Shown one piece after another: positions 17,301 through 24,879 of a DNA stretch of 32,000 nt; within the stretch, counting starts at the first letter, position 1; every line of letters starts with the position of its first letter. The notes under the pieces were generated by a model. The model searched no databases and was not told where the DNA came from. It worked only from the letters and a program-made list of their open reading frames with translations. Source of the stretch: Mucisphaera calidilacus (lineage in GTDB: Bacteria; Planctomycetota; Phycisphaerae; Phycisphaerales; Phycisphaeraceae); assembly GCF_007748075.1 (NCBI RefSeq), contig NZ_CP036280.1, positions 690,001 through 722,000 on the forward strand, written 5' to 3'. A program made the translations under genes and the position numbers.

Positions 17301-18199
17301 AGGACCCCAGCGGCATCGTCGAGACCGACGGGCTGGCCGACACCGAGTGGAGCCTCGTTGTCGATGCCCTGAGCCGGGACACCTCGCTCAACTCCGTCAG
17401 CAACTTCTCGAGCCAGGTCGCCTCCTACCTGCGTAACAACGCCATCGCAGCGGTCCTGCTCTCGATGGTCGGTATCGTCGCCTACATCTGGATCCGCTTT
17501 GCCGGCTTCGACAAGGGACTCGCCGCGACCGCGGTGCTCGCGTTGGCGACATTCGCCGGCGGCCTGGGCCAGCTCGTGATCGCCCAGTGGCTGGGGATCG
17601 CCGTGCGTGGCGAGGGCTTCTGGATCCTGCTCGCGATCGCGGTCACCCCGCCCGCGCTGGTGCTCGGCATCGTGACGTGGTACTTCCCCGCGCTCCGCTA
17701 CGGCCCCGCGGCCATTGTCGCGCTCGTCCACGACGTGACGATCACCCTTGGCGTGGTGGCGACCGCCGGCTGGCTCTACCAGCGGCCCGAGCTCGACTGG
17801 CTGGCCCTGACCGACTTCAAGCTCAACCCTGCGATGATCGCCGCCATGCTCACCATCGTCGGCTACTCGCTCAACGACACGATCGTCGTCTTCGACCGCA
17901 TCCGCGAGAACCGCGGACGCCTGCCCTACGTCACCAAGGCGATCATCAACGAGTCGATCAACCAGACGATCTCGCGAACGATCCTGACCTCATTCACCAC
18001 GTTCCTCGCCGTCTGGGTGCTCTACTACTTCGGCGGCGACGCGGTGCACGGCTTCGGCTTCGCCATGATCATCGGCGTCCTCGTCGGTACTTACTCGTCG
18101 ATCGCGATTGCGGCTCAGCTCCTGCTCATCGGCCGACGACCGGTCGGCGATGAGGCTCCGCCCGAGGACAAGCTCCCGCCGATCGTCAGCGAGCGCTAA
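14366..18199 (+). CDS. secDF: Fused protein-export membrane protein SecDF (unusually large, 1277 aa)
   Basis: SecD N-terminal TM plus GLDLAGGT motif. SecD TM bundle with GMAVDANVLIFERIREE. SecF bundle with VALVHDV and GYSLNDTIVVFDRIRE. It follows tgt-yajC as in the classical operon. Confidence 0.9.
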   Translation: MNVPAWKWILVLVVFGVCFAAFWPPEQRLKPGLDLAGGTTLVYTVDIPGGRDPAQVIDETIDVLRDRIDPTGTRNLVWRRVAGNRVEIQMALASPETRERREAYYDLQAQVLERNIDRRRLDAVVRLAPEARDREMQAIAGDDQHYFEKLQLYAATQDFAAALREPYEAAVAAFEEQQARLDAMPEGSDGRATVEARVDDLFEAMQEATRAYLEARTQRDEARAAVLAANIEPYEIQRVLDQPTRPIDNDDPQGPTYRGVAEEEMIAAHDDRAEVLEKLFEAWTAYEAVKGPLDDPNDLIALLRGSGVLEFRIAPYVDEIPAETYLEQLRERGPRAGGDQPFRWFEVDEPEDFEPDPQTLVTEYAGNQYILLSNTRDKALTKDTEGWQLVSTSPTQDNVGQPAVAFTLNDFGGQLMSQITGPNQGKPMAIILDNRVISAPTLRSKIGARGMISGGTGGFNQQELTYLIRTLKAGSLEGQLSEYPVSIKTTGSAAGADNIAKGTSAARLSLIVVSVFVLLYYLVPGIATTLALAFNIVIILGVMAMLGATFTLPGIAGIVLTIGMAVDANVLIFERIREELQDKKRELMIAVRNGYDKAFSSILDANLTTLLTCVILGATATSDIKGFAYTLGIGIVATLFTSLFATRVLIELYLSRVRSLPMLTLVFPFIRTLLHPRLDWIGLRWMVLPLSITLVSWGVWMVNERGEDLLDIEFRSGTQVSFTLSDEGMMENAEARTRVEALGEVSRAMKAEGFDPASLSPVQSELLPVVAGIEQDSADRVARQMADYEQSIEEGLTAEAPGKPADLSLLIGAAVVPEGDIEGTRASGFSVSSLITDADAVSAAVKAAFADVLDTTRPIRFADSGIRSVGQAPVFAIAESDGEVATLGDNIGRPEVTTDVTEFLGGVAIVLDDLQPPATLDDLEQRIERMRRQPAYEPLGFRESMVIPLDLSEQTTEDGTPLYDAVVVVTRDETTNYAEDPSGIVETDGLADTEWSLVVDALSRDTSLNSVSNFSSQVASYLRNNAIAAVLLSMVGIVAYIWIRFAGFDKGLAATAVLALATFAGGLGQLVIAQWLGIAVRGEGFWILLAIAVTPPALVLGIVTWYFPALRYGPAAIVALVHDVTITLGVVATAGWLYQRPELDWLALTDFKLNPAMIAAMLTIVGYSLNDTIVVFDRIRENRGRLPYVTKAIINESINQTISRTILTSFTTFLAVWVLYYFGGDAVHGFGFAMIIGVLVGTYSSIAIAAQLLLIGRRPVGDEAPPEDKLPPIVSER

Positions 18200-18912
18200 G
18201 CGACACCGAGGTTCAGGTAGACATCGAACCGGAACCCACGCCCCACGACGGCGTGATGCGGGGTTCGTCCGCCCAGGCACGCTGCCCGACGCGGCCGCTT
18301 GACGGCAACACGTGGCACGCACGCCTCCAGGGCTGCCTCCAGCAACCGATGATCGTCCGTATCGGCGTCGCCCACGACGGCACGGAGCGACTTCATGGCC
18401 TGTCGTTCTCCCGCCTTGCGCTCAGCGGGAAACATCGGGTCGATCAGGGCCGCGTCGATTCCTGTCACCGGATCGGGGTCCGAACCCCACAAGGGTGTTG
18501 GCGTGATAACGCCTGTGAGCAGTTCGCACGCGTCCACGTGGAGAAGAGTCAGCCGCTTGTCGAGGTCCGGGATCCGGTCGGTTGCCGCGAAGCGACGGGC
18601 CGCATCGGCCAGAAGTTGTGCGATCACGGGATGTCGTTCGCAGGCGATCACCCTGCAGCCGGCCGCCAGCAGCAGGAGTGTGTCCTCGCCCCATCCCGCG
18701 GTGGTATCGAGAAGCGTGAGGCCCGCGAGACGCTGATGCTTCGACGCGATGGCACGAAACAGCGGTGCCTTCTGACTGCGACCCGGGCCGGAGCGAATAT
18801 CGAGCTGAGCCCAGTCCGGCCGGATCTCTCGGCCTTCGGGATCGATGAGCGTCAGCCCCGCGTCTGTCGGTCGGAGTTGGTATCCAAGTGGCAGGGCGGC
18901 GTCACCGCTCAT
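18196..18912 (-). CDS. rsmJ: Class I SAM-dependent methyltransferase, RsmJ-like (16S rRNA m2G1516)
   Basis: RsmJ-type motifs DTTAGWGEDTLLLLAAGCRVIACERHP and IDPMFP. Its stop overlaps the secDF stop (convergent). Its start overlaps the upstream gene's stop. Confidence 0.7.
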   Translation of the reverse strand: MSGDAALPLGYQLRPTDAGLTLIDPEGREIRPDWAQLDIRSGPGRSQKAPLFRAIASKHQRLAGLTLLDTTAGWGEDTLLLLAAGCRVIACERHPVIAQLLADAARRFAATDRIPDLDKRLTLLHVDACELLTGVITPTPLWGSDPDPVTGIDAALIDPMFPAERKAGERQAMKSLRAVVGDADTDDHRLLEAALEACVPRVAVKRPRRAACLGGRTPHHAVVGRGFRFDVYLNLGVA

Positions 18913-19874
18913 GAGTTCTCGGCGGCCTCGGCAAGCTGGTTCTCGTACCGCCGGCGGTTGGTGCGGTGGTCCATCAACACGAAGACGCGCTTACGGTCCT
19001 GCTCGGGGACGGTCTGCTCGATCGCCCGCCGGGCGATGTTCATGTTAGTGCGACGCGAGAGGTGCGTCAGCACGACGCTGGGGGAGGCGGCGACCTGCAG
19101 CAGGTCCACGATGTTCCGCAGGTGCAGGTGCTTGCCGACGCGAGCGCGGGCGTGATCGTCCTTCTCGAGGAACGTGCATTCCGTGATCAGAATCTGGGCC
19201 TGGAGCACGTCGGGTCGCTCGAAGTGCTCGCCCCATGCCGTGTCGCCGAGATAGGCCACCAGCGGGATCTCGAGCATCCGCGTGATCTCGACGCCCTGCT
19301 GCTTGAGCTCGACGAGCTTGGGCTGGGGCAGGCCGACGTACTCGGGCTTGAGCTTGGAACGACGCTCGAGGATCACGTAACCCATCGACGGCACGGTGTG
19401 GTTGGTCTCGAAAGCGCGGAGGTAGTGATCGTTCTTGATCTTGAACTCGGCCTCGTGCTCGAGTGGCATCAGGTTGTAAGGCGTCTTCTGGTTCTCGACG
19501 CTGATCCAGGCCTCCATCAGGCCCTTGAGCGGGGCTTCGAGCTCGGGATGGCAGAAGACCGTCCCGGTGCCCATGCCCTGGAAATGCCGCTGGGAGAGGT
19601 AGTAGGTGAGGGCCGCGGTGTGGTCCATGTGGCCGTGGGAGAGCGCCACGAAATTGGAGCTGAGCGCAGCACGCGGGCACAGCCCGATGTCAAAATTGAT
19701 GTCCAGCTCAGGGATCTGCACCACGGTTTCCTCGCCGGCGACCGAGATCCCCTGAACGCGGAAGGGCGGGAGATAGAGGAATCCGAGCTGAGAGCGACGC
19801 TGAGGTTCGTGCGGGAGCATGGAGGGTCTCGTGCGGCCGTGGGAGGCGGGTGCTGTCCGGCCGCGGGCGGACAT
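18909..19874 (-). CDS. MBL-fold metallo-hydrolase (RNase Z / RNase BN-like)
   Basis: HxHxDH motif (LSHGHMDHTAAL) and downstream His/Asp ligands (LTHLS). It is coupled to rsmJ by an ATGA overlap. The start is ambiguous between 19874 and the ATG at 19820. Confidence 0.7.
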   Translation of the reverse strand: MSARGRTAPASHGRTRPSMLPHEPQRRSQLGFLYLPPFRVQGISVAGEETVVQIPELDINFDIGLCPRAALSSNFVALSHGHMDHTAALTYYLSQRHFQGMGTGTVFCHPELEAPLKGLMEAWISVENQKTPYNLMPLEHEAEFKIKNDHYLRAFETNHTVPSMGYVILERRSKLKPEYVGLPQPKLVELKQQGVEITRMLEIPLVAYLGDTAWGEHFERPDVLQAQILITECTFLEKDDHARARVGKHLHLRNIVDLLQVAASPSVVLTHLSRRTNMNIARRAIEQTVPEQDRKRVFVLMDHRTNRRRYENQLAEAAENS

Positions 19875-20020
19875 GGACCCTAAGAAGCAGCCGTCGACGC
19901 GGTGACGCTGGCGGCTCGATGTGTATCTGGCGACTCGGCCAGCCCTTACAGCATGGCCGAGCCGACGGAAATGTCAATTCGGCGTCGTGTCCTTATCTTG
20001 GCTCTTGGTGCAGAAGCCCT

Positions 20021-20050
20021 TTGACCTTAGGCTGTAAACGTGCTTAAAAT
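20021..20050 (+). promoter_or_regulatory. Candidate sigma70-type promoter for the response-regulator gene
   Basis: TTGACC (20021..20026), 18-nt spacer, TAAAAT (20045..20050), inside an AT-rich intergenic island about 45 nt upstream of the ATG at 20095. Confidence 0.45.
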
Positions 20051-20094
20051 GGGACGCTATCAGGATCAAATCGTCTTTATTTTAGAGAACGCAC

Positions 20095-20733
20095 ATGCCC
20101 TCGCTGCTGAGATACCCCGTCTACCTCATTGATGGTGACCCGGAGATCCGGGAATCGGTCGGTGGCTGGCTGGACTGGGCGGGGTATCGTTCGGAGCTGT
20201 ATGACTCCGCGGAGGCTTTTCTCGCCAACGTCGGCGCGGATGCAAGCGGCTGTCTCCTGCTGGCCGCACGCCTGCCCGGGATGGATGGCGTCGCCTTCAT
20301 CGAGCAACTCGGGCGGGAGCACGCACGCCTCAAGGTCATCATGATCTCCGGCCTCGCCGGCATCCCCGACGCTGTACGTTCAATCAAGGCCGGCGCGCTC
20401 GACTTCCTCGAGAAGCCCCTCTCGCGTGACGAGTTGATCAACCGCGTCCGTGACGCCCTCAGGCTCTTCGCCGAACAAGAGAAGGAACGCGAAGAAGTGC
20501 TCGAGCTCCACGAACGCATGCAGACCCTGACCCCGCGTGAGGTGACCGTGATGGGGATGGTCGTTCAGGGCATGCTCAACAAGCAGATCGCCGAGGAACT
20601 GGGGCTGAGTCAGAAGACCGTCGAGGTCCACCGCTCGCACGTCATGCACAAGATGCGGGCTTCGTGCCTCGCCAACCTCATCCGCATGGTCATGAAGGTG
20701 GAGACCTCCGACCTGATCCCTGTCGCGGGCTGA
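20095..20733 (+). CDS. FixJ/NarL(LuxR)-type response regulator with atypical receiver (Ala at the phospho-acceptor position)
   Basis: The receiver has D13, S85 and K107 (FLEKP). The C-terminal LuxR-type HTH reads LTPREVTVMGMVVQGMLNKQIAEELGLSQKTVEVHRSHVMHKM. The segment LLLAARLPGMDG aligns to NarL ILLDLNMPGMNG, placing A57 at the Asp position. Confidence 0.8.
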   Translation: MPSLLRYPVYLIDGDPEIRESVGGWLDWAGYRSELYDSAEAFLANVGADASGCLLLAARLPGMDGVAFIEQLGREHARLKVIMISGLAGIPDAVRSIKAGALDFLEKPLSRDELINRVRDALRLFAEQEKEREEVLELHERMQTLTPREVTVMGMVVQGMLNKQIAEELGLSQKTVEVHRSHVMHKMRASCLANLIRMVMKVETSDLIPVAG

Positions 20734-20800
20734 CGCCCAGCGTGCCGGGGTGCGCGGATGTATTACAATTCCAGCCGGGATGACTCTGATGGAGCCGTGA

Positions 20801-23215
20801 TTGACTGCGCTGACGCTCGAGACGTTGATGACGTGGACGGATGAGGAGGAGGCTCGACGACTCTGGTCGGTCGCCGAGCGTCTGCCCGAGCGTTACCTGC
20901 AACACACCTCCGACGCGGGCAAGCTCGAAGACCTCAGGGTTCTCGCGCGGCTGTCACGCGAGCGTCCGGTCGAGGTGTTCGTCCAGCAGGTGGACGACCA
21001 CGACTGGTCGGTCGCGGTCTACGCCATCGACCGGGCCTCCGAATTCGCGGCGATCGCCGGCGTCCTCGCCTCGATGGGCTTCGAGGTGCGTGGCGGGCAG
21101 GCCTACACCCTCCCCGGAGCCGCGAAACCCGTTGCCTCGACCTCAGCGCCCGCGCGCATGCTGCGCGGGCTGCGTTCGCCCCGTGGGTTTCGGCGGCGCG
21201 TGACCCCACCCCGGTCGGGCGGGGCCCTGATCATCGACCGCTTCCGGGGCCACCGCACCCTCGTTTCGGACGATGCAAGCAACGAGGAGGCCGGACACGC
21301 CTGGCAGGTGGCGCTGCGCGATCGCCTGATCCAGACGCTGGAGGAACTCCACCGCTGCGCCGACGACGATGCGGTCCGTGCCTTGGCCGATCGCGTGACC
21401 GAGAGCGTGCTCAGCGTGCTCTCCGACCAGCCGACCGCCGTGGCCCGCGCTGCGCTGCTCCCCATCGAACTCGACCTCAAGCGCGTGGGCGATCGACGCA
21501 TCAGCCTGGAGGTGCGCGCCTCGGATACGCCCGCCTTCCTCTACACGCTCGCCACGGCACTCGCGGTGCGCGGCCTGGCGATCGATTCGGTGGAGATCCG
21601 CACCGACGACTCGGGTGAGCAGGTGGTGGACCGTTTCGAGCTCTCGCTGCCGCCGAGCATCACGGAGATCACCGACGACCTGCTCGACCGCATCCGAGTC
21701 TCGGCGTTGCTGATCAAGCAGTTCGGCTACCGCGTCGACCAGACACCCGAGCCGATCAAGGCGCTGGCACGGTTCCAGGACCTGCTCGAAGACATCTTTC
21801 TGCGCCGCAACCCCGCGCTGCTCAAGGCGTGGATCGAGCTGAGCGAACACGACCGCGCGATGCGCGGCCTCGCCAGGCTGCTGGGCACCTCGGACCGCCT
21901 CTGGGAAGAGTGCATCCGCGGCCAGTCGGAACGGCTGATCGACATCCTCCGCGCTCACAGGCGCGAGCAGTCGGTTGTCGGGACGCAGCAGAGCATGCCC
22001 CAGCGACTCGAGGAGGCACTGGACCGCGCCATCGGCATCGAGCAGCAGCGCGACCGTCTCAACGCCTTCAAGGACGACGAGCTGTTCCGCATCGACGCCG
22101 ACTACATCCTCGACCGCAAGTCCGATTTTTCGCGCTTGTCCGAACGACTCACCCAGCTCGCCGAGATTCTCGTCGGCCGATCCGCAGAACTTGTCTACGA
22201 GGACATGGTCGCCTCCTACGGCCATCCGGTCTCGTCCGTGCAGCAGCCCGCACAGAGCGCGATGCCCGGCGGGCTGATGTGCCCCGCTCGGCCCCGCCGT
22301 GGCTACGCGGTCTTCGCACTCGGCAAGCTGGGCGGCACCGCGATCGGCTTCGGCTCGGACATTGAGCTGCTCTACGTGCACGATCAGGACCCGAACGCCA
22401 CCACTGCCGGCGGCAAGCGCCCCGGGATCAGCTGCGCGGAGTTCTATACGCAGTTCACACAGGAGGCCTCCGCCTTCATCCGCGCCCGACGTGACGGCAT
22501 CTTCGAGCCCGACCTGCGCCTACGGCCCTACGGCAACGACGGCCCGCTGATCCCCGGCGTCGAGCTGTTCGAACGCTACTACGGGCCCGGCGGCCCGGCC
22601 CACCCCTTCGAGCTGCTCTCGCTCGTGCGCCTGCGTTGGATCGGTGGCGACCCGGAGCTGGGCTACCGCGTGCAGCGGCTGCGCAACCAGTTCGTCTACG
22701 AGCAGGCCGAACGCGTCCTCGACCTCGACGCGCTCTGGTCGATCTGGGGCCAGATGAAAAAGCAGAAGCTGCCCAACCCCCAGCGGATCAACGCCAAATA
22801 CAGCCCGGGCAGCCTCGTCGACCTCGAAGGGGCGTTGTTGATCCTTCAGGTCGCGCACGCGGAGCACGTCCCGCAGCTTCGAACGGCGAGGATGTCGCGT
22901 GCCTTCGAGGCGATGCGCCTGGGCGGCGTGCTCTCGCCTCAGGCCTACGCCGACGTGCGTGGCGGCTACAGCTTCCTGCGTCGCCTGATCAACGCCCTGC
23001 GCGTCGTCCGCGGACACGCCAAGGACCTCTTCCTCCCTGAGCCTGGATCGACCGAACTGACGCACCTCGCCCGCCGCACGGGCTATCCGCTCCCCACACC
23101 CGAAGACCCGACACCCTCGGGCGAACGCCTGCTCCAGGACTTTGAGTACCACACCGGGCGCATCCGCGTTTTCATCGAGCAGACGCTCGGCCGAAGATGC
23201 CCCGGCATCGAATGA
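20801..23215 (+). CDS. glnE: GlnE-like glutamine synthetase adenylyltransferase-family protein: two N-terminal ACT-like domains plus a single nucleotidyltransferase module
   Basis: GlnE signature FALGKLGGTAIGFGSDIELLYVHD, then EPDLRLRPYG, LVRLRWIGGD and KYSPGSLVDLEGALL, collinear with one E. coli GlnE module. ACT-like segments are WSVAVYAIDRASEFAAIAGVLASMGFEV and ISLEVRASDTPAFLYTLATALAVRGLAIDSVEIRT. The start is TTG at 20801, with ATG at 20828 as an alternative. Confidence 0.75.
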   Translation: MTALTLETLMTWTDEEEARRLWSVAERLPERYLQHTSDAGKLEDLRVLARLSRERPVEVFVQQVDDHDWSVAVYAIDRASEFAAIAGVLASMGFEVRGGQAYTLPGAAKPVASTSAPARMLRGLRSPRGFRRRVTPPRSGGALIIDRFRGHRTLVSDDASNEEAGHAWQVALRDRLIQTLEELHRCADDDAVRALADRVTESVLSVLSDQPTAVARAALLPIELDLKRVGDRRISLEVRASDTPAFLYTLATALAVRGLAIDSVEIRTDDSGEQVVDRFELSLPPSITEITDDLLDRIRVSALLIKQFGYRVDQTPEPIKALARFQDLLEDIFLRRNPALLKAWIELSEHDRAMRGLARLLGTSDRLWEECIRGQSERLIDILRAHRREQSVVGTQQSMPQRLEEALDRAIGIEQQRDRLNAFKDDELFRIDADYILDRKSDFSRLSERLTQLAEILVGRSAELVYEDMVASYGHPVSSVQQPAQSAMPGGLMCPARPRRGYAVFALGKLGGTAIGFGSDIELLYVHDQDPNATTAGGKRPGISCAEFYTQFTQEASAFIRARRDGIFEPDLRLRPYGNDGPLIPGVELFERYYGPGGPAHPFELLSLVRLRWIGGDPELGYRVQRLRNQFVYEQAERVLDLDALWSIWGQMKKQKLPNPQRINAKYSPGSLVDLEGALLILQVAHAEHVPQLRTARMSRAFEAMRLGGVLSPQAYADVRGGYSFLRRLINALRVVRGHAKDLFLPEPGSTELTHLARRTGYPLPTPEDPTPSGERLLQDFEYHTGRIRVFIEQTLGRRCPGIE

Positions 23216-23227
23216 GCCTGCCTGTAT

Positions 23228-23262
23228 GCCCACGAAAAAGCCCACGGGCAGGACCCGTGGGC
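23228..23262. terminator. Bidirectional intrinsic terminator between glnE-like gene and glnA
   Basis: A 9-bp GC-rich hairpin GCCCACGGG (23240..23248) / CCCGTGGGC (23254..23262). On the minus strand it is followed by T5 and a further CGTGGGC arm (23228..23234). The architecture matches the element at 3642..3676. Confidence 0.75.
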
Positions 23263-23287
23263 TCGTGTGTTGCGGCCGGGCAGCGAA

Positions 23288-24700
23288 TCAGATGTCGTAG
23301 TACATCATGAACTCGTGCGGGTGCGGGCGGAGACGCAGCTCGTCGACCTCGTTCTCCATCTTGTAGTTGATCCAGGTCTCGATGACGTCGGGTGTGAACA
23401 CGTCGCCCTTGAGCAGGAACTCGTGATCCTTCTCCAGCGCGGCCAGCGCTTCCTCGAGGCTCGCCGGCGTCTTGGGGATGCCGGCCGCTTCCTCGGGGGA
23501 GAGGTCATAGATGTTGACGTCGAGCGGGTTGCCCGGGTCGATCTTGTTCTGGATGCCGTCGAGCGCGGCCATCAGCAGAGCCGAGAAGGCGAGGTAGCCG
23601 TTCGCGGTCGGGTCGGGGCAGCGGAACTCGAAACGCTTGGCCTTGGGGCTCTTGGAGTAAACCGGGATGCGGACGGAGGCCGAGCGGTTACGCTGGCTGA
23701 TCGCGAGGTTGACCGGCGCCTCGTAGCCCGGGACCAGACGCTTGTAGCTGATCGTGGTCGGGTTGGTGAAGGCGATCAGGGCCGCTGCGTGCTTGAGGAC
23801 ACCGCCTACCGCGAACAGCGCGGTCTCCGACAGGCCCGCGTAGCCGTCGCCGGCGAACAGCGGCTTGCTGTCCTTCCAGAGCGACAGGTGGGTGTGCATG
23901 CCCGAGCCGTTGTCTTCGAAGACGGGCTTGGGCATGAAGGTCGCCGATTTGCCGAAGGCGTGCGCGGTCGACTTCACGATGTACTTGTACTTCATGAGCA
24001 TGTCGCCCATGGCCACCAGATCGCTGAACCGCATGTCGATCTCGCACTGACCCGCGGTCGCCACCTCGTGGTGGTGACACTCAACCGGGATGCCCGCGTC
24101 GAGCATGTGCATGATCATCGCCGATCGCAGGTCCATGAGCGTGTCGGTCGGCGGGCAGGGGAAGTAGCCTTCCTTCAGGCGGATCTTGTGCCCGAGGTTC
24201 GGGCCCTCGTCCGCGCCCGAGTTCCAGACCGCCTCGGTCGAGTTGATCGAGTAGAAGGACGTGTCGCGCTGCGAGTCGTACTGCACGTTGTCGAAAACGA
24301 AGAACTCGGCCTCGGGGCCGATGAAGCAGGTGTCCGCGATGCCGGTCGACCGCATGTGCTCGATCGACTTCTTGGCGATGTTGCGGGGGTCACGGGTGTA
24401 ATCCGAGCCGGTCACCGGGTCGGCGATGTTGCAGATCAGGCAGAGCGTGGGGATCTCGCGGAACGGATCAATAAAGGCCGTGTCCGCCTGCGGCTTGAGC
24501 AGCATGTCCGACTCGTTGATCGCCTGCCAGCCGCGGATCGAAGAGCCGTCGAAACCGAAGCCCTCCTCAAAGCAATCCTCGGTCAGCTCGGAGATGGGGT
24601 ACGAGGTGTGCTGCCAGGTTCCGGGGAAGTCGCAGAACCGAAGATCGAGGATCTTGCAGCCCTTTTCCTTGGCGAGTGCAATCACTTCTTTGGGTGTCAC
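23288..24700 (-). CDS. glnA: Glutamine synthetase, type I
   Basis: 470 aa. Motifs are [30 protein letters not shown] and the adenylylation loop NIYDLSPEE (Tyr398, codon 23507..23509). GTG start preceded by AAAGGAA. Confidence 0.95.
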   Translation of the reverse strand: MTPKEVIALAKEKGCKILDLRFCDFPGTWQHTSYPISELTEDCFEEGFGFDGSSIRGWQAINESDMLLKPQADTAFIDPFREIPTLCLICNIADPVTGSDYTRDPRNIAKKSIEHMRSTGIADTCFIGPEAEFFVFDNVQYDSQRDTSFYSINSTEAVWNSGADEGPNLGHKIRLKEGYFPCPPTDTLMDLRSAMIMHMLDAGIPVECHHHEVATAGQCEIDMRFSDLVAMGDMLMKYKYIVKSTAHAFGKSATFMPKPVFEDNGSGMHTHLSLWKDSKPLFAGDGYAGLSETALFAVGGVLKHAAALIAFTNPTTISYKRLVPGYEAPVNLAISQRNRSASVRIPVYSKSPKAKRFEFRCPDPTANGYLAFSALLMAALDGIQNKIDPGNPLDVNIYDLSPEEAAGIPKTPASLEEALAALEKDHEFLLKGDVFTPDVIETWINYKMENEVDELRLRPHPHEFMMYYDI

Positions 24701-24850
24701 GGGGGTTCCTTTCGTGGATGAACGGGGGTTCTCGAAAGCCGCAGACCTTCCGACCGGTCTGGCTGGGGGTGGTCCTCTCCGTAGGCCTGCGTGCTTGGAT
24801 GCGGCTTAGGAGACAATCATCGTGCGGGTCCATCCCCGACGACGCCCATC

Positions 24851-24879
24851 AACATAGCGGATGATGCTTTTCAATGCAA
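24851..24879 (-). promoter_or_regulatory. Candidate sigma70-type promoter for glnA
   Basis: On the minus strand: TTGCAT (24874..24879), 17-nt spacer, TATGTT (24851..24856). This would give a leader of about 140 nt. Confidence 0.35.

Noticed and set aside
13652-17731. Very long (1359-aa) ORF on the minus strand, antisense to tgt, yajC and secDF
   Set aside because: This is a typical shadow ORF of a high-GC genome. The translation is Arg/Gly/Asp/His-rich low complexity with no motifs. The opposite strand carries unmistakable tgt, yajC and secDF signatures and the expected GC3 bias.
21181-21190. Third occurrence of CCGTGGGTTT, the terminator 3' arm, inside the glnE-like CDS
   Set aside because: No complementary CCCACGG arm is nearby, and it lies in frame within coding sequence (SPRGFRR). 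It is most likely coincidental in a GC-rich genome.
23267-24721. 484-aa plus-strand ORF antisense to glnA, together with similar long antisense ORFs at 45..935, 3194..4192, 3775..4797, 10033..10779, 11600..12514, 12973..14238, 18253..19155, 18966..19883, 21143..22381, 22520..23245, 25396..26148, 26835..28283, 28548..29582 and 30087..30728
   Set aside because: Each overlaps a gene with strong family motifs on the other strand and translates to Arg/Gly/Val/Asp-rich sequence without recognisable domains. These are high-GC open-frame artefacts.
24701-24850. Possible glutamine riboswitch in the glnA leader (CGTTCA...GGAAC)
   Set aside because: I can only see a 4-bp GTTC/GAAC helix and cannot reconstruct the three-stem glnA RNA consensus by eye. 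That class is also mainly cyanobacterial or marine. The question is left as a covariance-model check, not a call.
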